Assembly: GCF_021028975.2 (NCBI RefSeq)
Contig: NC_059433.1
Coordinates: 96,348,001 to 96,412,000, forward strand
Origin: Sphaerodactylus townsendi
Taxonomy: Eukaryota
Length of the DNA stretch: 64,000 nt
Reading direction: 5' to 3'
Position 1 is the stretch's first letter. Every line of letters begins with the position of its first letter. Of the stretch, positions 36,421 to 48,700 are shown in pieces. Position numbers and translations under genes: made by a program. Below the pieces are notes generated by a model, which did not search any database, had not been told where the DNA came from, and was given only the letters and a program-made list of their open reading frames with translations.

Positions 36421-39400
36421 CAATGACTCCACTTTGAAGCTGTAACTACAGTTTTTCAGAGCTTAGCTTTCAGTGGTTCAGATCAACCTCACTGTTCTTA
36501 AAAAATGTTACATGTGTCTTTACTCATAGATGAAAAGGTTCTGTTAGGGCTTACCTGACAGATACAGAAGCACAGCAATGCTGATAGTTACTTGTTTCTA
36601 TAGAGTGTATAATTCAACATGGGTTCCAGCAAACCTGAGCACCTTGCTTGCTACTTTATACTAATGCCTCCATTCAAATACATATTTAATTCAGTTTTGC
36701 TGAAGAGTAATGGCTGGCACATGTTCCCTGTGTTCTTTGTCAACTCCTGGTGTGTAATTAAACACTAAGCTCTTTGGGACATCCATTTACATGAAAAGGA
36801 CCCTTGAGGAGCACAATGTTGATGTTAATGATCAATTGAAGAAACAGAACATGTGTAAGATGATTCTGCTTTGGAACATCTTTCAGATCAAGCAAAAATG
36901 GCTGTTGTCTTTTGTAACCCACACAGAAATTAACACTAGATTATAAATTCATAAAGGACTGAAACATTTAGGTGTAAATGTTTAATGCAAATCCCTGAGT
37001 ATATATCAGGGATCAAATGTATATTCAGAAAATTTATTATCTGGGACCTTGTTTGGATTTTAATATGGTCTACTTGACTATTGCTGAAGGATCACTCATT
37101 GTATTAAAATTAGCCACTGTTCTGAGACTACTTTGATCATATGCAGATTTCTGGATCAAAACACATCAAAATCTTCATTTAAATTTGCACATTCTTTATA
37201 TCACATTTAGTGTCCTTTTCTCCATATGAAATAGTCCTTTTGAAGTGGTTTTGTATCTACTGGCTAAAGAGAACCAAAAAAGGCCACAAATATATATTAC
37301 GAATAGGCATTTCACAGAGTGTAGGAGACAGTTCTAGAGGGAATGCTGCTCTGAACCTGCATTATATAATAAGGCAAGATGCTGGAGTAGTGATATTCAT
37401 TGGAAAGGGATACATTTTAATAAAAAAGACTCTTGAATTATTTAAGAAAACGTTCTGCTCCACTAACAAATCCATGTATTATAGATACAAAAATTTAAGG
37501 CCAGTCCTTTGCAAAACTGGCACACAGCTGTAACAACTACATGGCCATGTGATTGAATCAATCCTTTTTTTAACTTTAAAAGAAAAAGAGAGAGTGTAGC
37601 AAACAGATTATGTGGATGTTCAACCACCCTGATTAAAGCTCAGTTAAAGCAACCAGTCATTTCTGCATTTATTCTTTGTTATTTTATCCCCAACACAAAT
37701 TAGTCCTCCATTTCCATCAAAACCCTTTTGTTCTTGGAATCAGTGCAGAAACGTGGATATTTTAAATTAGTATTTAAACAATACTGAATGTCAGCTACAT
37801 GTTTTGCTGCATTTGTGGCACCTGCAATTATAAATTCTGTATCCTGCAAATTTGAAATATGTTATTCATACTTCAAATGTTCACTCAGTACCACATGAAG
37901 GTCTTATTCCATATTTCATAGGGTCTTTCTATTGCTGTTTTCATAGGGTCTTTCTATTGCTGTTAAATATTTATTTATTGCTGGATGCAGGATAATGCCA
38001 TAGTCTCTTCCCAGAGAATCTTGAAATTAGCCTCACACAGATGATCAAGAGTAGGAAGAGAAAGAGAATTTATGATAAGGCTGACATAGGGATAAATCTG
38101 GGGCAAGTGGTGGTCTGAAATTTAGTAGAATTTAGTCCTCAATGAACATTATTACGATCAAACTAGTAAGAGTAGGATGGTTAATAAATGGTTCCGTTAA
38201 AGAATATTATGGTCCTGCAGAAGGATTTAATTTTTTTAAAGTATTAATTACACTTACACCTTTGTGATTTGTACTCTGTGGTCTCTGTTCTTCTCTGCAC
38301 TACATATACAATTAGCTCGAAGGCCATTCAGTTTAAATCTGTAAGCGCCGTCGACATTGTAAGTCTTTTTTCTCCTTGCTTGCTTATTTTTATCAATTCA
38401 AATAAATGCTTTTGTTCTTAATGTGTGTTTGTGTCTCTCTCCTCTTGACATCCCTTCTAACTACAAGTTTTCCTTAATTGGCAGGTTTGCATTTGAGCTT
38501 CCTAGGTTGCCTGATCCCTTGTTACTCGTTCTGCAGTGTCAGGAAACAGAAATGTCATTGTTGATTAGGGGCCTGAACCCTCTGGTCCTCTCTCTCATAC
38601 AGTAGGCAGTCTTGTTCTGTACATTCTTTAGCTGCAGGGTCAGCCTTAGGGGAACTCTAAACAAGTGTCCACATGGGACACCAAATGGAAGGGGCACTGG
38701 TAGGGGCAAGTGTTCTTTGAGCTCATTTGTCTCCCACAAAAAGTCACTTCTGTCCGTTTAAATGTAAAATGTCTGCTGGTGTTGCCCGTTCAGACACAGT
38801 TTTGTGCCTCTGGCTTGCTATACATGGCATATCAGTGATGTTAATAACATCACTGCCAAACATTGTGACACAGAGAGGTTCCTCTCCTAACACCTTTCCT
38901 CTGAACTGCAGTGTTAAAGCTTCATTTTTGATTTCGAAAATCTCTGTTATACCAACTCTGACTCTGTTTGGTTTGCTGTTATCTCCACTCGCTTGAGGCA
39001 TACCGAAACTATAAAGATGGCCCTGCAAAGCTGAGGTGGACCTCTTATACACTGAATGTACAGTGTCATATCTCTCACATTTGTGGGGATACCTAGACTC
39101 GCTGTCACCTGAATTTTTGGTTTAGGCCTAGAAAACAATAAACAAAAGAAGCTTTTAACAGCCATGTTACTTATGCCATTAATTAGCAGTTGTGCCAACT
39201 CTATACTAACTGATTTGCAGGTCTGCAGATTGAAGACTCTTAGATGCTGTCTGAGAAACAGGTAAAAGATTTAGGCTGGTTTACCAGCTGTGACTGTTCC
39301 TGAAAAAAAAAGGATTTGACCTTAGTTATATGGGCTTTATTAACATTGAGATTAAACTACTGTAACATCCTAAATGTTTAGGTGCCTTTGAAAATAGTTC

Positions 39401-39659
39401 TGTAACTTTAACTGATACAGAGTGAGGCAGCAAGGTTGGTAACTGGGATTTGCTGCATAGATTAACTTTATTGTCTCACACCAACCCCAGCATAGAGAAT
39501 AAATTATAGGACTTTGGTTGGTTAATGGAAGGGGATGAAGGGGAGAAAAGGGTATCTCCAAATCTTTACTCACAAATTGTACTTAAAATATTATCAAAGC
39601 GTATTTAATGAAGAGACATGAGAATCAAGGTAGGTACAGACTCAGACTTTCATGGCAGA

Positions 39660-39877
39660 TGTATTGTCGAAGGCTTTCATGGCCAGACTCAACTGGTTGT
39701 TGTGGGCTTTCCAAGCTGTGTGGCCGTGGTCTGGTAGATCAAGTTCCTAATGTTTAGCCTAACAAACTTCTCTCTGTGATACACCTCTGAAGATACCAGC
39801 CACAGATGCAGGCGAAACGTTAGGAACGAGATCTACCAGACCATGGGCACACATCCCAGAAAGCCCACAGCAACCAG
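39660..39877 (-). mobile_element. Fold-back Penelope-derived mini-element (inverted pLTR halves)
   Basis: Arms 39694-39750 and 39820-39878 are inverted. The 3' end GAAAGCCTTCGACAATACA is shared with 57092-57312. 12-bp TSD TTTCATGGCAGA at 39648-39659 and 39878-39889. Confidence 0.85.
39784..39824 (+). ncRNA. Minimal type I hammerhead ribozyme motif
   Basis: cct-CTGAAGA-taccagccacagatgcaggc-GAAACGTT-agg: CUGANGA and GAAA core, stem I cct/agg, stem II gcc/ggc, palindromic AACGTT helix III. Confidence 0.7.
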
Positions 39878-40449
39878 TTTCATGGCAGAACTGATGCTAA
39901 AACTAGAATATTCTATTTTTCACTATTAAGCTCTCCACAAGGTCATCACAGTCTTTCTTGCTGATTCGCTATCTTTATCTGATGTTATTTCTGCAGATTC
40001 CAGTAGGCTGAATGACAACAAGGCTTCCATTTGGTTGGTTTCTCCACATTTTCCCTTCCCAAATCTCATACTGCTGTGGAAAATCAGAGACAAGAGACAG
40101 TCACAGACATTGTTTCCATGGATTGATTTGCCCACATCCAGATTCAAATAAAGCTCAAGGTCAAAGTAGCTGGAGCAGGAAAGTCAGGCAATACGGGGAG
40201 CACCAGGCAGAGCTTATTTATTTGATGCCTCACTTGCTATTCAGCTTCTTACTATTCAATCTTCTTTGAACTGTCTAAAATAAATTCAGGTCTTGAAGTT
40301 CATTATTGGACTGAATAGATATGAAAATATCTTATACCTTTCTTGCATGTTATCTGGATGTAGTACCATTTTTTCTCTGGACTCATGTCTGACAGACCTG
40401 ACCCAATAGTTCATCATACTGATGTGGTTCAGGCATATCAGATTACATA

Positions 40450-40665
40450 TGTTGTAGCAGACTATGATTTGAGAGACATGGGTTCAAATCTCTGCTCTGC
40501 CATGGAAACTCCCAGGGTGCCCTTGGGCCATTCACAGCCTAACCTACCCTTACAAGGCTGTTGTAAGAATAAAATGGAAGAGACTAGAATGATATAACAA
40601 TTTTGGATTACCACTGGATAAAAGGCAAAATATAAATTAAATTAATGAATTAATAACATAAATAA
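40450..40665 (+). mobile_element. MIR/Squam3-like SINE
   Basis: GGGTTCAAATCTCTGCTCTGCCATGGAAAC head, AATAAAATGGAAGAG body, (TAAA)n tail. Confidence 0.75.
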
Positions 40666-41376
40666 ATTATTTTATTCCTAAATTGCATGGTAATTATATT
40701 GATTATATTGCTCTCTAACAAAATAGAATACTGAATAATAAATTCTAGATTGCTATTATAATGAATATAAAATAAAAGATTAGGAAATTAACAGAAGCAG
40801 CATATAGAATATATTTTAATGGCTGAAAAACTTCATATGACACTGAGTTAGTTGGGTACAAACTGTCTCAATAAAAGTCATCATAACCTTATCCCTGCAG
40901 AAAACTCAATGTATCAATCCTCTCCTGGATGAAATATATCACTAAAGACTTCTTGACAAGTTGTCATTAAAGATGGGAAGACACTCCACACAAGAGAAGA
41001 GCTATTAGCTCTGGCATTCTGGCTGAATTCCAAACTGCTGTTTGATTAGTGTTTAATCTCTAAGTAGAAAAGCAATTCTTCCACTTACCATTTATGAGCT
41101 TCTACATAATAGAACTTCTTCAGAAGTGATGGAGCCAACTTCATTGCACTGTAGTTTTTTTTTAAGTCATCTGGGTGGTAAAAGTCATTCCAAAGCAATG
41201 TGATCATTTTCAGAAAGGAGAAATGGAAAGGAAAATAGATGACGGTCAAACAAATATATATGGCCTATAGGTACAATATTTACAATTATTTGTAAATTGT
41301 TTCCCTTCACATTAAGTTCACTTCAGGCAATCTTTATTAGGGCAATCTGGAATTGTCCTTCCATGGCACACACATA

Positions 41377-41857
41377 GGCTGTTTTTGCACAGCCTCATGA
41401 GCGGAGGTGCACTGGCATAGTTGATGCCGGTGCACCTTCCAGGGCAGTTCACACAGTGTCCTGCGAACAGCCCCGGTGCTCTAGCGACCCACGGGGCTTT
41501 GTTTGCACCAGCCAGATCCCTCTTACCTTGTCTCCCAATCACCATTGCACTGGAGAGGCCAGGGGACATGCCCCCATGGCCATGGCAATGCCTCCAGGGC
41601 TAGAGGCCAGGAGACATGTCCCCTGGCCTCTCCAGAGCAACACGGCTGGGGGACAAAGAAGGATCTGCACCAGCACAGGGAAAACAGCAGCTTGCACCGG
41701 GTGCAGTTCGCTCAGCACCAAATGGAAGCTGGTGTTTTCCAAAAACATCAGGGGGGGGGGATGCTGCCACTGCTGCAAATAGCTGTGTGATCTTTCCCCC
41801 CATAATGATGTTTTTACCGCCCCCACGCCAGTTTAAATGGGCCGTGCAGAAGCAGCC
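41377..41857. mobile_element. PIF/Harbinger-like MITE
   Basis: TIRs GGCTGTTTTTGCACAGCC / GGCCGTGCAGAAGCAGCC. 3-bp ATA on both flanks. Central perfect 21-bp inverted repeat. Confidence 0.75.
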
Positions 41858-42160
41858 ATAGATTCAATGCAGATTTCAGTTGAATGGAGGAAATCAGGAG
41901 ATGGAACTAGGGTGAGACCTTGATTGTCTCCCTCCTAATGTTTCTTGAGAACATCAACCGATCTCCTTTTGGCATTCTATTGGCTGAGCTATCAGTTTGA
42001 CTTTGAATCAATCCTGGGCCATATAGCCCAGGACTAATCATCCTTATTGGTAGTGGCTCTCCAGAGCATCAGGTGGAATATTTGCCAGACCTTTTTATCG
42101 GGGAAAAAAAGAATATTAGATCCTCTGCATGTAATCTTATGCTCTTCCACTAATGTGTAT

Positions 42161-43303
42161 CATAAGAACATAAGAACATAAGAACAAGCCAGCTGGATCA
42201 GACCAAAGTCCATCTAGTCCAGCTCTCTGCTACTCGCAGTGGCCCACCAGGTGCCTTTGGGAGCTCACATGTAGGATGTGAAAGCAATGGCCTTCTGCGG
42301 CTGTTGCTCCCAATCACCTGGTCTGTTAAGGCATTTGCAATCTCAGATCAAGGAGGATCAAGATTGGTAGCCATAAATCGACTTCTCCTCCATAAATCCA
42401 TCCAAGCCCCTTTTAAAGCTATCCAGGTTAGTGGCCATCACCACCTCCTGTGGCAGCATATTCCAAACACCAATCACACGTTGCGTGAAGAAGTGTTTCC
42501 TTTTATTAGTCCTAATTCTTCCCCCCAGCATTTTCAATGAATGCCCCCTGGTTCTAGTATTGTGAGAAAGAGAGAAAAATTTCTCTCTGTCAACATTTTC
42601 TACCCCATGCATAATTTTGTAGACTTCAATCATATCCCCCCCTCAGCCGCCTCCTCTCCAAACTAAAGAGTCCCAAACGCTGCAGCCTCTCCTCATAGGG
42701 AAGGTGCTCCAGTCCCTCAATCATCCTCGTTGCCCTTCTCTGCACTTTTTCTATCTCCTCAATATCCTTTTTGAGATGCGGCGACCAGAACTGGACACAG
42801 TACTTCAAGTGCGGTCGCACCACTGCTTTATATAAGGGCATGACAATCTTTGCAGTTTTATTATCAATTCCTTTCCTAATTATCCCCAGCATAGAGTTTG
42901 CCTTTTTTACAGCTGCCATGCATTGAGTTGACATTCCCATGGAACTATCAACTAAAACGCCTAAATCCCTTTCCTGGTCTGTGACTGATAGCACTGACCC
43001 CTGTAGCGTGTATGTGAAGTTTGGATTTTTTGCCCCTATGTGCATCACTTTACATTTTGCTACATTGAACTGCATTTGCCATTTCTGAGCCCACTCACCT
43101 AATTTATCAAGGTCCGCTTGGAGCTCTTCGCAATCCTTTGTGGTTCTCACCACCCTACATAATTTGGTATCATCTGCAAACTTGGCCACCACGCTACCCG
43201 CCCCTACTTCCAGGTCATTTATGAATAGGTTAAAGAGCACTGGTCCCAAAACAGATCCTTGGGGGACACCACTCCCGACATCTCTCCATTGTGAAAACTT
43301 CCC
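42161..43303 (-). mobile_element. Young 5'-truncated CR1 LINE
   Basis: ORFs 42626-43309 and 42358-42633 give GVPQGSVLGPVLFN, KFADDTKL, RPHLKYCVQFWSP and GVWNMLP, broken only by one extra G in a G run. 3'UTR and (TTCTTATG)n tail present. Confidence 0.95.
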
Positions 43304-43759
43304 TTGCAAGTTTTTAATTTTTTAATTAATTAATTAATTTCATTTTTGTTTACATCCCACCTTTCTACCCAACAGAAAGTCAAAACAGTTTGTATCATTC
43401 TCCTATCCTGTTTTATCAAGCACTGATAGTTTAGGCTGACAACAGGGATATGTACATAAGCGTAAACACATACAAAAATGGCCTTTACCGTACAAACCAT
43501 TTACATAATTTCTAGCCTAATGAACATTTCCTCTATGAAGTTCCGCATGTTTTCCCCTCCCTGTTTAGTTCTGAAAATGTTTCCAAGCATCTTTTGCCTC
43601 GTTTCTAAAAGCACTTTTACTGCATTATTTTCACTGAAACATTTCTGAGTTAGCTTCCCTCATAATGTGAATATACTTGAAGTGATTTTTTCCATGGTTG
43701 AGTTGTTATCCATGCTCATTGTGTAATTGCCTAACCTCTTTTTTGGTGCTTGCTTCACA

Positions 43760-43811
43760 ATTTCTTTCTTCCTTTCTTCCTTTCTTCCTTTCTTCCTTTC
43801 TTCCTTCCTTA
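43760..43811. repeat. (TTCC/TTTC)n simple repeat
   Basis: Direct reading. Confidence 0.9.
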
Positions 43812-45054
43812 ACAGTTCTCCCTGGCTTCATTGCAGCTACAGGTCAGAAGTTACAGTGTGGCCTTGGACAGTCAGTAAGTCATGCCTCAGTTCTATTTTC
43901 AGTTATAAAACTTCAAAGGACCATGGTTAGAGTTTTCTCCATGAAATGCTTTTGATGTGCTGAAATTCCTGAATCCAAACATTGCATACCTAATGCTAAT
44001 CTTCATTTCCCTCCTCCCATCCATGTGTTCTCATAGCTTTACAAAGTCTCCAGTCCAGCTTCTAAGACTCTAAACCATCATTTTATGTAAATATAACAAA
44101 TCACAAAAGGAAATCTCATTGAAGGATACCACTGATTTGAAATAAAGATGTTGAAGAGCGAAAATTATGGGTGAAAGGAGTCACTGGATTGGAAAAATTG
44201 AACCTGAAAACTAAATTTATCTGAGAGAACAAAGCCAGAGAACACAGTATTGGTGGCTCGGAATAAACAATGGGGAATGGCGTCATCTGCTTAGGCCCTC
44301 TGCTGTTTTAGCATTTTGAAGCATTCAGAAGTCACCATTGTCAACGACAGGATGCTGAATGTAATGGACCATCAGTTTCACCTATTAGAACTGTTCCAAT
44401 ATTTAATTACTATCACTTCTGCTCCTCATCGCCCATAGAGTGACAATATGTGTGTCAGTATACAGATAAAATGAAAGTAACAGATTCCATCTGAAGATTC
44501 TGGAGGAAAAAAAATTAGCATCAAGAAACATTTAGCTGCTATAGGGATAAAAGTGAAAATCAGCAAAACTGAACACTATTATTCAGGAAGCAGCTGATAT
44601 CTTGCATAACAATATAACAGCAAAAGAAGTATGAAGTCTTATATCTTATGATGCATGCCATAATCCTCAGCTTACAAGACTTCCACAAAATACTGATGCT
44701 CTATAATACAGTATAGAATGGAAATAAACACTTTGCTCCTATGAGATGGGCTTATAGGTTTGCTCCATGTGTATGGAACGGTCACATAATCCACTTACCA
44801 TCAAGCCCAATTTTATCAGCTCATTCATTTGCATAGACTTTTCTTACTCTTTATGCATTTTGTGAAGAATGTGTATCCATATAACCCAACATCAATTCAC
44901 AAATAGTCTGATATATTAATATGAATAAATGGAAGACAAAAACAATCAACTTTTTACAAAGCATTATTTATTCTCTGTTAAGAGAATGGCTGCCCTATGC
45001 TTTTCCTCCCTTGAGACCTCCAAAGTAGCTAACAAGAAAATACTAATAAAAGTT

Positions 45055-45215
45055 TCTTTTTGTCATCAAGTTTCAGCCAACTTACAGTGATCCCACAGGG
45101 TTTTGAAGACAAGAGTCATTCAGAGGTGATTTGCCTTTCCTGCCTCTAAAAATGTCTAAGGGCTCTCCCATCTTAGCTTCCAAGATTAAGCTAATCTGGG
45201 CTATCCAGGTAAGAG
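45055..45215 (-). mobile_element. 5S rRNA-derived SINE (5S-Sauria-like), degenerate
   Basis: CTCCCATCTTAGCTTCCAAGAT is the reverse complement of a deleted 5S head. The tail matches 55590-55660. Confidence 0.6.
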
Positions 45216-45981
45216 CTAACAAAACACACTAATATCACAGTAATATCAAAGTGTTATGCAAAATGTTATAAACCAATCAGCTCTAATAAACAAAAAGAAT
45301 ACAGCCCAATAACACAGCAACAGCAATCTGAAATATCAATTAAAAATGGCGAGAACACACAAGAAAAGACACACAGCACAGAAGCAGTAAAAAAAAAGAA
45401 AATATTTTCATGTAATTTCAAAGGCCTCCTTAGCTTAAATTGCACTAGATGGCTAAAAGAGAAGGGGATAGCTATACTGGCACAGGAAATTACACAGGAT
45501 GGTTCACCATTGAGAAGGTTCACCATTCTCATCTGTAATAATGAAGCTTTCACAATAGGGTGCCATTGGGTGGTATCAAGTACTCAGTAGGTTCACATGA
45601 GTGAGTGCAATGTATTGGTTACTTTCATCAAAGATAATTATGACTATAAAGAACATTTGACTACCCACTCAGTGAGAAAGAATTGCCAAGGTATGTGTAT
45701 AACATGCCTTTTTTTGTCCCTTCCCCTTATGTTGCTGTTTTGGGCCTTCTTCTTTTGCTCAGTTTCATTGGTAGTATTTTATGCCATTTCCCACAATACT
45801 ACACCATTTATATCTTAACAAGAGAGGGACTAGTGAAGGCTCAGGCTCATGGGAGAAAGGAAAACCCTATCCTCACTCATTTTGTCTCTCTGTGGCTCTA
45901 TCTCCATTCCCTCTCTCAGACTTTTACTCTTTTCTTTATAACTTTTCTCCAAGTTTTCCTTTTCAATCTTCTTTCTTGGCT

Positions 45982-46575
45982 AGTAGTGAAAAGGTACACT
46001 CTGCATACCAATGAGATAACGTGAATCTTATGAATATTAATGAGGCGGATCAATTAATTTGCATATTTTCATGAATATTGAGGAACTCAGACCATACCCT
46101 CTGAGGTCACTGGTAATGACAATACCATGCCCCCAGATATCAAAGGGAGGCATGGGTCACACCTCCGAAATCACTGGAAGTGCATCATCTGAGAATGACA
46201 TCCCTTTCCCTGTGTCACAGGATGTGATATGCTTGCATATATATGTGGACCGCATCCCTGAACCACTGGAAGTCCTGTGACCAGGCCATAACTCCTTCCA
46301 TGTCACAGGAAGTAATGGGGCACCTTGAATACTAATTATGCGATTTCCATATTCAGCCAAATCCCTTCCCCATCTCAGACTCAGAAAGGACATGTCTAAT
46401 CCCACCCCTGCTATATCACCAGATGCTGTTTCTCTAGAGCCGTAGTGGCGAACCTTTGGCACTCCAGATGTTATGGACTACAATTCCCATCAGCCCCTGC
46501 CAGCATGCTACAACATTGAATTACCACCTGCACTGCCCTATCCCAGAAAGGGAACATCCACCAGAGTATGCCCAT
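45982..46575 (+). repeat. Maverick left TIR (contains a hAT MITE half at 46440-46507)
   Basis: Aligns by eye to the reverse complement of ~49095-49631 along its whole length. Confidence 0.85.
46440..46507 (+). mobile_element. Left half of a palindromic hAT (Charlie-type) MITE
   Basis: Follows the target CTCTAGAG (46432-46439) and is the inverse of 47160-47229. Absent from the right TIR. Confidence 0.8.
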
Positions 46576-47036
46576 GAGACCTTTCCAGCAGAACATCTGT
46601 AGCTGTATGTTTTGGGGCCAGCCAACGTGAACTCAGTGATATGCTTGTTTGGTGGGATCTCGCTTGTGAAGTCACCTAAACAATCCCGCAGGGGCATTCC
46701 AGTCCCCTTTCCTACTGACAAATATCACAGAATTGGTACCATGATACAAGCAGTGATCTTGAAGCTTATCTAAGGTGTTAAAAAGTTTTGGCCGGGCGTA
46801 AGCATTTGTAAAACAGGCATTGGTTTTCCCTGTCAAAGTGACTAAATCTTTTGCATGTTTCCAGGAAATGGTTGCTGTTTCGTCACCAGTTATATAAAAG
46901 CCGGAGTCCTGTTAGAGAAAAGGAATATTCTAAAAGTTTGGTTGCATCCTTCACTAAGTTGGTATTTACCAGATTTGAACATAGGATAAACTTGCCCCAC
47001 AAAGATTTAAACTCTTTAAATTGTGTAAATACTTTG
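46575..47036 (-). pseudogene. Protein-primed DNA polymerase B fragment (Maverick pPolB)
   Basis: Minus strand reads KSLWGKF (motif B), YARPKLF, CLYHGTNSVIF (degenerate YxDTDS) and LGDFTSEI..ITEFTLAGPKTYSY (KxY). Frameshifted and truncated at both ends. Confidence 0.9.
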
Positions 47037-48000
47037 CAGCTTGTCAATATGTTTCTTAAATTGCAGTGCCCAGAACTGAACACAGTACTCTAGGTGAGGT
47101 CTGACCAATGCAGAGTAGAGTGGTACAATTACTTCTCTCAGTCTAGACCCGTGCAATTGGCCATGCTGGCAGGGGCTGATGGGAATTGTAGTCCACAACA
47201 TCTGGAATGCCAAAGGTTCGCCACCACTAGTCTAGACAGTATACTCTTATTGATGCAACCCAGAATTGCACTAGCTTTCTTGGCTGCCATATCACACTGC
47301 TGGCTCAGTTTCTGTTTGTGGTCTACTAAGACTCCCAGACCCATTTTCACATGTAGTGTTGTCAAGCCAGGTTCCACGCATCTTATATCTGTGCATTTCA
47401 TTTTGTTTTGCCTAAGTATAGAATCTTTCATTTATCTCTGCTGAAATTCATTTTGTTAGTTTTGGTCCAGCTCTCTAATCTGTCCAGATCATTTTGAATC
47501 CTGCCTCTGTCCTCCAGGGTATTAGCTACCCCTCCTATTTTGGTGTCATCTGCAAATTTGATTAACATGCCCTCTATTTCATTATCCAAGTCATTGATAA
47601 AAATATTGAATAGCACTGGGCCCAGGACAGAACCCTGTGGCACTCCACTACTCTCCAGGTTGAAAACAAGGCATTGATGAGCACTCTTTGTGTTCGGCCA
47701 GTCAACCAATTACAAATCTATCTTAACAGTTGCATTGTCTAGTCCACATCTTTCCTTGTCAAAGGCCTGCAAGGTATGCTACATCCACACCATTCCCTTC
47801 ATCTACCAAGTTTGTCACTTTATCAAAAAAAGAGATAAGATCAGTCTGGCATGACCTGTTTTTGAGAAACCCATGTTGATTTTCAGTGATTGTTTTATTC
47901 CCTTCCAAGTGCTTACAGACTATCTCCTTAATGATCTGTTCTAGAATCTTTCCTGGTATTGAGGAAAGGTTGACTGGGCATAGTTTTTTGGGTCCTCTTT
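47037..48000 (-). mobile_element. CR1 LINE fragment nested in the Maverick
   Basis: PVNLSSIPGKILEQII, QHGFLKNRSCQTDL, GVPQGSVLGPVLFNIFINDLD, KFADDTK and [11 protein letters not shown]. 3' end deleted. Confidence 0.92.
47149..47229 (-). mobile_element. hAT (Charlie-type) MITE lacking most of one arm, nested in CR1
   Basis: 8-bp TSD GTCTAGAC at 47141-47148 and 47230-47237. Confidence 0.85.
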
Positions 48001-48097
48001 TTGAATGGGCAAATGAGGACAAAATGGATGGGCAAATGAGGTAACCAGCATTAAAATAGAGCTTGTGTCCATTTTGTCACAAACTTTTTGTCCATTA

Positions 48098-48700
48098 TTA
48101 TCTCAGTCCCCAGTTTACACATTCATGACTGGTTTGGCCTGGAACTTCCATGACACATCCTTCACAGGAATCCAACAGGTATTCTTTAATGCAGTGATTC
48201 AGGATGCTGTACATTGTGGTTCTTATAATAGTTTTCATAGTCTCTTCACACTTCTGTGATGGAATAAAATCCACATATGCATTGATTTTCAAGTGCAAAA
48301 GGTTTCTCACAGCCGTGAGACTTACAAAGGGACTCATTCCAAATAATACTGCAGCTCCTGGTGGTGCTTGCTCCTTTAAAAAAGATGTAAGAGTACATTT
48401 TAAGTTTTTCCAAGCAGGGAGAAATGTTTAACATACTCCTTTACCCATCCACCCCCTTAAACCCCCCTAGGGCCTTACCTGTTTGAGAATGTTCTTTGCC
48501 GGAGAAACACAAGTAAGTTTCAGAGAGAGCTAGCTTTGGCGTTACAGAGGCATTGCCTATAGGAAGCTAGAAAATAAAGAGCATGTTTTACTAAACGTTC
48601 TGTGCATAGCTTGTATTCAATACCCAGCTGTTTTTTCTGTCCCCCCTTCCCTTCCAGCTTCCAAATTACCTGTGTGTGTGACATCTCTGATGGAATCAGT
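48098..48700 (-). pseudogene. Remnant of a Maverick accessory gene, apparently spliced, with a CxxC...HxC motif
   Basis: ORF 48098-48337 ends ...LLDSCEGCVMEVPGQTSHECVNW. Upstream are a donor CAG|GTAATT (48670), an acceptor TTTATTTTCTAG| (48567) and a donor CAG|GTAAGG (48479). Confidence 0.45.

Noticed and set aside
38744-39052. 102-aa minus-strand ORF in non-repetitive sequence
   Set aside because: No motif, homology or clear exon boundaries, so it cannot be supported as coding.
46507-46575. Idea that the MITE palindrome caused the large Maverick deletion
   Set aside because: Sequence after the MITE half still aligns to the right TIR, so that deletion removed only the MITE arm and a few bases. 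The large deletion junction is near 46575.
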